Below, in pieces: positions 53,001-61,104 of a stretch of 64,000 nt of DNA. Numbering within the stretch: the first letter of the stretch is position 1; every line of letters starts with the position of its first letter. This DNA is from Vicugna vicugna (taxonomy: Eukaryota): assembly GCA_013265495.1 (NCBI GenBank), contig MU063896.1, positions 16,115,140-16,179,139 of the forward strand, read 5' to 3'. The notes under the pieces are model-generated. The model made no database searches and had not been told where the DNA came from. It saw only the letters and a list, made by a program, of their open reading frames with translations. The position numbers and the translations under genes are program-made.

Positions 53001-56000
53001 TAGGATCTCTTTAGGTTTAATAGCATCCTTTAGTTCTGCAGGGCGCCCAATGCCAACCTGGTTTTGGGCACACACCCTGAACTCATATTCCTGGTTTTCA
53101 TCCAAGCTGGTGACAGTGAATTCCATGCGAACAAGTTGTGCTGCGGCATTGCACCTTTTCCAGCCTTCATCAGGTGATGCATCTGCTATTTTCGGTCTCA
53201 TTTCCACAACATATCCAATTATCGGTGCACCACCATCATACACTGGTTTTCCCCACCCAAGAGTTATGGAACTTTTGGTTGTATCAACCACTTTGAGGTT
53301 GGTTGGTGGACCAGGTGGTTCTGAAAGTAAATTGTGTAAGAATAAATTTACATGTGGTTAACTACTATTAGTGATATTTTAATGTGTAATTTTCTATAGT
53401 CTATCCTTAATTAATCAGATAGTACATTCAATTTCTCAAGTACTGAGTCCTCCTTATTTTCCTTCATAAAATTAGAATCTACTATTGTTTGTACATTTTA
53501 GGCGATTTGGTAAAAGATCTGTTTGGGAAAATATTGGCTAACATAAAGTTTTGATGTTGTGGATTTAACTTATTTGTCTAATACCTCTGTGCTTAAGTTT
53601 AAGGGTTGGTGTAATACCAGAAAAAGCAAGAACATTATACCTATGGGGTCTTTTGCCACCACTGGTCTTGAGGGCAAGCTTGGTTCTCCAATTCCAATTT
53701 CATTTTCTGCCTTGACACGGAACTGATATTCATGTCCTGGGAGGAGATTCTGTACTTTCAAACGTCTCTCAGGGATCGCACTCTTGTTGACAGGGACCCA
53801 TCGTGTTGAATGTTTTTCCTTTTTCTCCAAAAAGTATCCTGTGATAGACTTTCCACCATCATATTCAGGTGGAGTCCAAACCACAGTCATCTCTTCTTTG
53901 CTTACTTTAGTGACTTCAGGGGGATCAGGGCGTCCAGGTCTGTCATACTTGGTTTTTGCAATGACTGGTTTAGTTTCTGTTGGAGGCCCTGTGCCTATTT
54001 TATTTTCTGCACGGACTCTGAAGATATATTCATTTCCTTCTATGAGACGAGTTACTGTAGCACCAGGTGTTAAGATAGTAGAGGAAAAGGTAGACCAAAC
54101 CATTCGCTTGCTCTCACATTTTTCTACAATATAATTTTGGATTTCACAGCCACCGTCATCCTCTGGTGGATCCCAGTGAAGACTACACCTGTCGCTGGAC
54201 ACATCAACAATTTTCAGGTTTCTCACAGGACCAGGCTTATCTAAAACATTGACAGTGGCATAGGCCACAAAACTGCCAGCTGTGTTTGTTGCTGTAATTA
54301 CATATTTACCACCATCACTTCGCTTTGCTTTAGTGAGAGAAAATTTAGATGAGTCAGCACTGGTCTCAATTTTGACCCTTGGTGATCTTGTTAAGTCTGT
54401 AGCATCTCTGTCCTTGGTCCATAAAACTTCAGGAAATGGTTTGCCTCTAACACCTGCCTCAAGTCGAATGGTGTCGCCTGCTTTGACAGTTAGCACACCA
54501 CTTAATTTCAGATCAAGTACCGGTTTCTGTAAGTCTTCCTTCACAACAACTTCCTCTGTCTTTACCCAGTCACTTTCTCCACCTTCATTCTTCGTTTGCA
54601 CTCTGAACTCATAAATCTGGTTTTCAACACATTTGTCAACCATGTAGTGGGTATCTTTAATGCTTCCTTTATGCACTCTTTCCCAGTCAGCAGAGCCCTT
54701 CAGCCTCCTTTCAACGTGGTATGACAGATTTGGGCTACCGCCGTCATAGTCAGGCCGCCTCCACTTCAGATAGACAAATGTCTTTCCTTTATCTGCAATA
54801 TGAAGGTTTTCAGGCTCACCTGGTCTATCAATAGGGTTAATAGCCAGAATTGGAGTTTTTGTTTCAATGGTTGGCCCAACACCTACTTTATTCTCTGCAC
54901 AAACTCGGAAGTAGTATTCATTGTTGGCTAAAAGGTTGGCCTTGATTAATCGCTTAGTGACATCTGAAGCAACAATTGACCAGCCTCTCTGGTTTGGCTT
55001 GCGATACTCCACTATGAAATTTGTTATTTCTGAGCCACCATTATCTAGTGGGTTTTCCCAAGAAATTGTACAGTTCTCTTTGGTTACATTGCTGACCTTT
55101 AAATTCTGGCAAGGCCCAGGTCTGTCGAGGACATTAACAATAGCATGACCCTGGGCATGCCCACTGCTGTTCTTAGCAGAGATGATATACTTGCCATGGT
55201 CAGCTCTAACAGCTTCCTTAATATGTAACTCAACACGAGGCAGATCGTGAATTAGGTCAACTCGCTTTTCTCGGACCAATGCTTTGCCCTCCTTAGACCA
55301 GGTTATGTCTGGTTCAGGTCTGCCTTTTACCCGAGCAAGAATGTGGATAGTTTGGCCCACTCTAACGGTAATAACATCACGACAAGTCACATCAAGTTCT
55401 ACTTCTGGAGGGTGAAGGATATCCTTTGCAATCACAGACTCTGCTAGTTCTCTTGGCTCTCCCTCTCCCACAATATTAGCTGCCTTTATACGGAATCTGT
55501 ACTCATTTCCTTCAATAAGTCCAGGTACCCTAAAGGCACACTGCCTGATCAGTTCATCTTTATTAATCCTGCTCCACTGTGTTGTTCCAGCTTTCTGACA
55601 CTCCACTACGTAGCCCAGAATGGGGCTACCACCATCACTGAGAGGCTTTGTCCATACTAGGTCAGCTGTTTCTCTGGTCTTGTCTTTCAGCTTAGGATTA
55701 ATAGGTGGTCCAGGTGGTTTGATGGGCCGGCAGGCTTTTATTGGATCAGAACTTGGGGATGGACCGCTTAGTCCTGCAAGATTCTCAGCAAAAACTCTAA
55801 ACTCGTATGTATTTCCCTCATAGAGTCCAGTCACTCTAAACTTCAGGTCGGCTATCGGTGTTTTGTTGACTCTCACCCATTTGCCTGTTACTTCTCGACG
55901 TTCCACGTAGTAACCGGTTATTGGACTGCCGCCATCAGATTTTGGCAGGGTCCAAGACACTGTTGCAGCATTTTCAGTAATGTCAGTAACCACTGGTTTA

Positions 56001-59000
56001 CCGGGAGGAGATGGAGGACTAAACTTATGTTTAGCAACAGTAGGTATGGAGTCCAGGGGAGGACCAACACCAATCTTATTCTCTGCTTTAACTCGGAAAA
56101 CATATTCACAGCCCTTTTGCAGATGTGGGACTTTCAGCTTTGTCTTACTGCTTCCTGAAGAGACAACACCCCACGTGTCTTTCTTGGTGTCTTTTTTCTC
56201 AACAATATAATTTATCACAGGGCTTCCTCCATCATCTTTAGGCGGCTGCCATGAGATAGTCATGTGTTCAGGGGTAACTTCCAGAATATTAATGGGACCT
56301 GTTGGTGGACCAGGGACATCAAGAACAGTAAGATGTACGGCTACTGTTTTGGTGCCAGCAGCATTGGAAACTGTGATCTGATATTCCCCGGTGTCTTTCC
56401 TTAAGCAGTTCTTAATGGTAAGAACTGATGAGAAGTTGTCAGTTTCAACTGTGTAGTGTTCATCTGTTTTAATCTCATTCCCATCAGTTGTCCACTTTGC
56501 AGTAGGAATGGGTACACCTCTTATAATGGCAGGGAATCTGACTGTAGTTCCAGCTTTTACCACAAGGCCTTCAATTAATTTCACATCCAGCTCCACTGAT
56601 GGAGGCACTGGAAAGTAAACATGAGGAAATTAGATTTTGATTTTCACAATACAAATAGTTTAAAAAATAAATAAAATAATGCCAAGCTCATCATTACCTA
56701 GTTTTTCTTGACATTCTATTGGGATAGTTGTGTCGGGAAGACCAAGACCCACAATATTTTCAGCTCTTACACGGAATCTGTAAGTCTTTCCTTGTTGTAG
56801 TCCAGTGACAACACACTCTAAGTTTGTCACAGTCTTGAACTTAATCCAGTCTTCAGCGCCCTCTTCTTGATATTCCACCAAATATCCAGTGATTGGAGAG
56901 CCACCATCACGATCTGGCTTATTCCAAACAAGGGACACTTCAGTCTTGTCAACATCTACATGGTGTAGGTTCTTGGGTGGCCCTGGGGGATCTTTTCAGA
57001 AGAAATTGTGATGAATAAATAATATTCTTAAAAATAATCAAAAAGTACTTTTGTATCTAAAGAAAGCAACTTACGTAGGGGATCCAGAGCCTTTATGGGT
57101 TTAAGTGTTTCCACGAAAGGACCACGTCCATACTGGTTCTCAGCAGCTACTCGGAATAGGTACTGATTACCTTCATTAAGATGTTTAGCCATGTGACTCT
57201 TTTTCTTTGATGTAGTTGAAAGAGGAGACCACTGGGCACTGGCAACATCTTTCCTCTCAACCACATAATTTGTAATGACAGAACCGCCATCATCCAGTGG
57301 TTCCTTCCAAGTAAGGTAACAAGAATCTTTCCTAATTTCACTGACTTCCAGATCTCTGGGTGGCCCAGGCTTATCTGAAAAGTATTAAATAATGCAGTTA
57401 TGTGTATGGCTTCATCCAGGTTAAGAGCTCGAAATGTATTAAAAGGTACTTTTTTATGCCATTGCATTAAATACATCATAAGTACTAAAATTCTTACCTA
57501 ATACGAGTACTTTTACTGAGACAGTTTTTGAACCAGCTGGATTCTCTACTGTTAAGGAATACATTCCACCATCTTCATGGAGAGCATTACGAATTTCAAG
57601 CTTGCTACCAACTGGAGTAGTGTCAATTCGTGCTTTAGTTGGAGCCTCTCTGTCTCCTTTTTTCCAGGTTACTTTTGGGAATGGCACTCCTTTGATGATG
57701 GCACTAAGTCTCAGAGTGTCACCAACTTTTATGTGTTGTTCTCTTGCCATGTTGGCATCAAGAATCAACTCAGGTGGTTCTAGAATAAAGAGAATGGTAC
57801 TTTCAGATTTGATTTGTTACTGTATTTTCCAATGAAGCATAGACAGTGGAATGCCTATCTTCCTTGCAAAGGCAGCTGAGAACATGTTACTCACCGAGTC
57901 TGTCTTTTACTAGCACTGGCTCTGGTACATGAGCTGGATCTGATTCACCAGCTTCATTGACTGCTATTACTCTGAACTTATAGGACTGACCATCCCGAAG
58001 ACCAGTGACTTTATATTTAGTTTCAGGACATGACTCAGGAGTGTGATTGGCTCTTTTCCATTCTTCATCTCCAACTTTCTGGTACTCAACAATATAACCC
58101 AGAATCTTGCTCCCACCATCATGACGGGGTGGCTGCCAAGTTAGATCAACTGAATTACATGTTGTATCTATTGCTTCAGGATTAACAGGTGGACTTGGCT
58201 TAGCTGCATAATAAAAGAAAAAACCAAAAAGGTGTCAGAATATAGCTGACAACAAAGCTGGATAAAATGAAAGCTGAATGAATGCTTTAGTACTATACCA
58301 ATTGGATCTTTAGCAATGACTGGTTTGGATGGTGGGCTTGGGTCTCCAATACCAATTTCATTTTCTGCAGAAACCCGGAATTCATAGTGACATCCTTCTA
58401 GAAGATCAGGAACCCTAAATTTGGTGTGTGGATGGATAGGCTCTTTGGTAACTCTAGCCCATCGTTTAGACATAGTTTCCCTCTTCTCCAGGATGTAGTT
58501 TGTGATGGGCTTTCCACCATCATTTGGCTTGTTCCAGGTTACTAATGCAGAGTCTTTGGTAACTTCTGTAACAATTGGCTGGTCAGGTGCATCAGGAACT
58601 CCTATAACAAACATTAGCAAAATGCATTAGAAATTTAATTCTTCCTATTAACAACCTCAAATGTTGAACCATTAAAAAGAAATATAATGCATACTGAAGC
58701 GATCTTTGGCTTTCATTGAATCAGACACCAGAGGATCACTTATTCCATACAGATTTTCAGCATATATCCGGAAAATATAATCTTTTCCTTCAAGCAGTTT
58801 AGGAACTTTGCATGTTGTTTTAGCACTTGCAGATGTCACGGGCATCCAGACATCTTTGCCTGTCTCCTTCTTCTCAATAATGTAATTGGTAATTTCACTG
58901 CCTCCATCATCTAAAGGTGGCTTCCAAGAGATAACCATGTAATCTTTGGTCACCTCATCAAAAATAACTGGTCCTACTGGTGGTCCAGGACGGTCTGAAG

Positions 59001-61071
59001 GAAAAAAAATCACAGCACAAAATGTGATTTGCACATCTGCTTTGGAAAGAACAGGATCTCTCTCCTTCTTGCTACATAACACTTACCAACAACATTAACT
59101 TGACAGAACCCTTTCCTGGAGCCTGTACTGTTCTCCACAACCACACAGTATTTGCCAGAATCTGAACGCTTGGCCTTGAGCTTCTCTAGAGCAAGTGTCG
59201 TAGGAGTGGTCTTTATGTGAGTGCGATCGTCTTCCAGCACATCAGCGTCATCTTTGAACCAAGTAACCTTGGGCTTTGGTTTGCCTGAGTAACGGCCAGT
59301 GAGGGCAAAAGCTTCACCAACTCGAATCGTGAGCTTATCTCTGAAGTCGAGGTCAAGCGTCGGAGGAGCTAAAATTACAATTATAAAGGCAAGTCAGCTG
59401 GACTGATGTCCTAGGATAAATCTATAGATGTACAAGTTTGCAAAATATGAACTGAATTTGACACATACCCAGCTCATCCCTGCAGGTGATTGGCTTGGTG
59501 CAAAATGATGGTTTGCCTTGTCCAACAATATTGACTGCACTGACACGGTACTCGTAGGTATCACCTTCTTTTAAGCCTTTCACAGTATACTTCCTGCCAA
59601 GCAAGTTGTCGTTTGTAACTTTGTGGAACTTCTCGGTTCCAATGAGACGGCTTTCTAGGATGTAGTTAATAATTTCTGATCCGCCATCATACTTTGGAGG
59701 ATTCCAAGTCAAAGTGACAGAATCTTTAGTAACTTCTTTGACTTCTAGGTCTTCAGGACGCTCTGGTACAGCTGCAAGTGTGGAATGACAATGAAACAAA
59801 TGTCGTATTAAGAATGTAGTAGAATGGATGCCTCTCTCACTCCCTCCTCTTTGGAGATGGCCCGCATTCTGTCTATGGGATGTGTATCTACTTTTACTTT
59901 AACCTGAGCACCCAACCCCTACACCTCGTGGCCTTTCTCTTGCCTTTTTAAACAGTATACACTCTATGCAGTATGTATCTCTCTAAATAAATCTACCTTT
60001 ACTCAAAAAATAAAAAAGAATGTAGTAGAATGAAGTAAGTAATACTTTTTGAGAATTGCATTTAAACATTAAACTATTTGTTTTGCTAACTAGCAAAAGA
60101 AATCTTAACATACAATGGTTAAATCTAAAAGGGACCCAATATAATCTAATTTCCAGATAAGCAAATAGGGAGGTTCACTGAGGCCAAATAATTCAGGAAA
60201 GTTCTCCAGAGTTGATAGTTTTAGAGTTAGGGAAATACTTCATATTTATGCCATTAAGTTGAAAATTAAAAAAAATCAGCATAGTATTACATGAAAGGAT
60301 TTGAAGAATCGTATATATTCCCTTAATCTCTTTCATGATCACATTCCAATACTACCAACATCAGATACTGGGTATTTACCTGAGGAATTCTTGACAAATT
60401 GAACGAAACTGGCATTTATACACCAATTTTGTCACTATAGTCTTTTATTAAATAAATGAAGAAATGACTAAGGATGAAATTGTTTTAAATTGTACTTACT
60501 TATTGGATCTCTTATGACAAGTGCATCTGTTGTCTCAACAAACGGGCCCATGCCAATACTATTTTCAGCTGCAATTCGGAAAAAGTAGGCTTTTCCTTGA
60601 ATGAGACCTTGGACAGTAGCATTTTGTCGGGTGACTGTGCATGTCACTGGGGTCCATGCTCTGCGGTCAGATTCCCTCTTTTCAATTACATAATTGGTGA
60701 TTGGAGAGCCTCCATCATCTTCTGGAGAGAACCATGTCAATTTGCAGGAGTCATTGGTTAGGTTGTGAGGCAGGAATGGTATTCCAACAGGGCCTGGCAC
60801 ATCTGGAAATAAGAGGAAAAGGTTTCTAGTTGTTGAACCTCCATGAACTACAGGGCTCAATATTTGTTACCCTCCGTTTTTAAAAGGGAGACAAAAATGT
60901 TGTTATGAAAAGAGTTAGAGTAAGATTTTGTATTTATTGAGTTGTTTTTTTCCTTCCTTGGTACCTATATTCAACCATATTTTAAAATGAAATAGGTTTG
61001 CAATAGTTACTGGTTGCCCTTGCTTTAGTAGAATGAATATATATATATATATTCATTCATATATTCAATGA

Positions 61072-61104
<33 letters not shown>

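Noticed and set aside
56608-58694. In-frame intron retention of introns with length divisible by 3 (e.g. 90 nt at 56608-56697, 93 nt at 58602-58694)
   Set aside because: The ones checked contain in-frame stops, so no extended isoform results.
60110-60230. Possible further MIR/L2 remnants (also ~11090-11160, 17590-17660, 60840-60920)
   Set aside because: Similarity to recalled consensus is too weak to support without an alignment.
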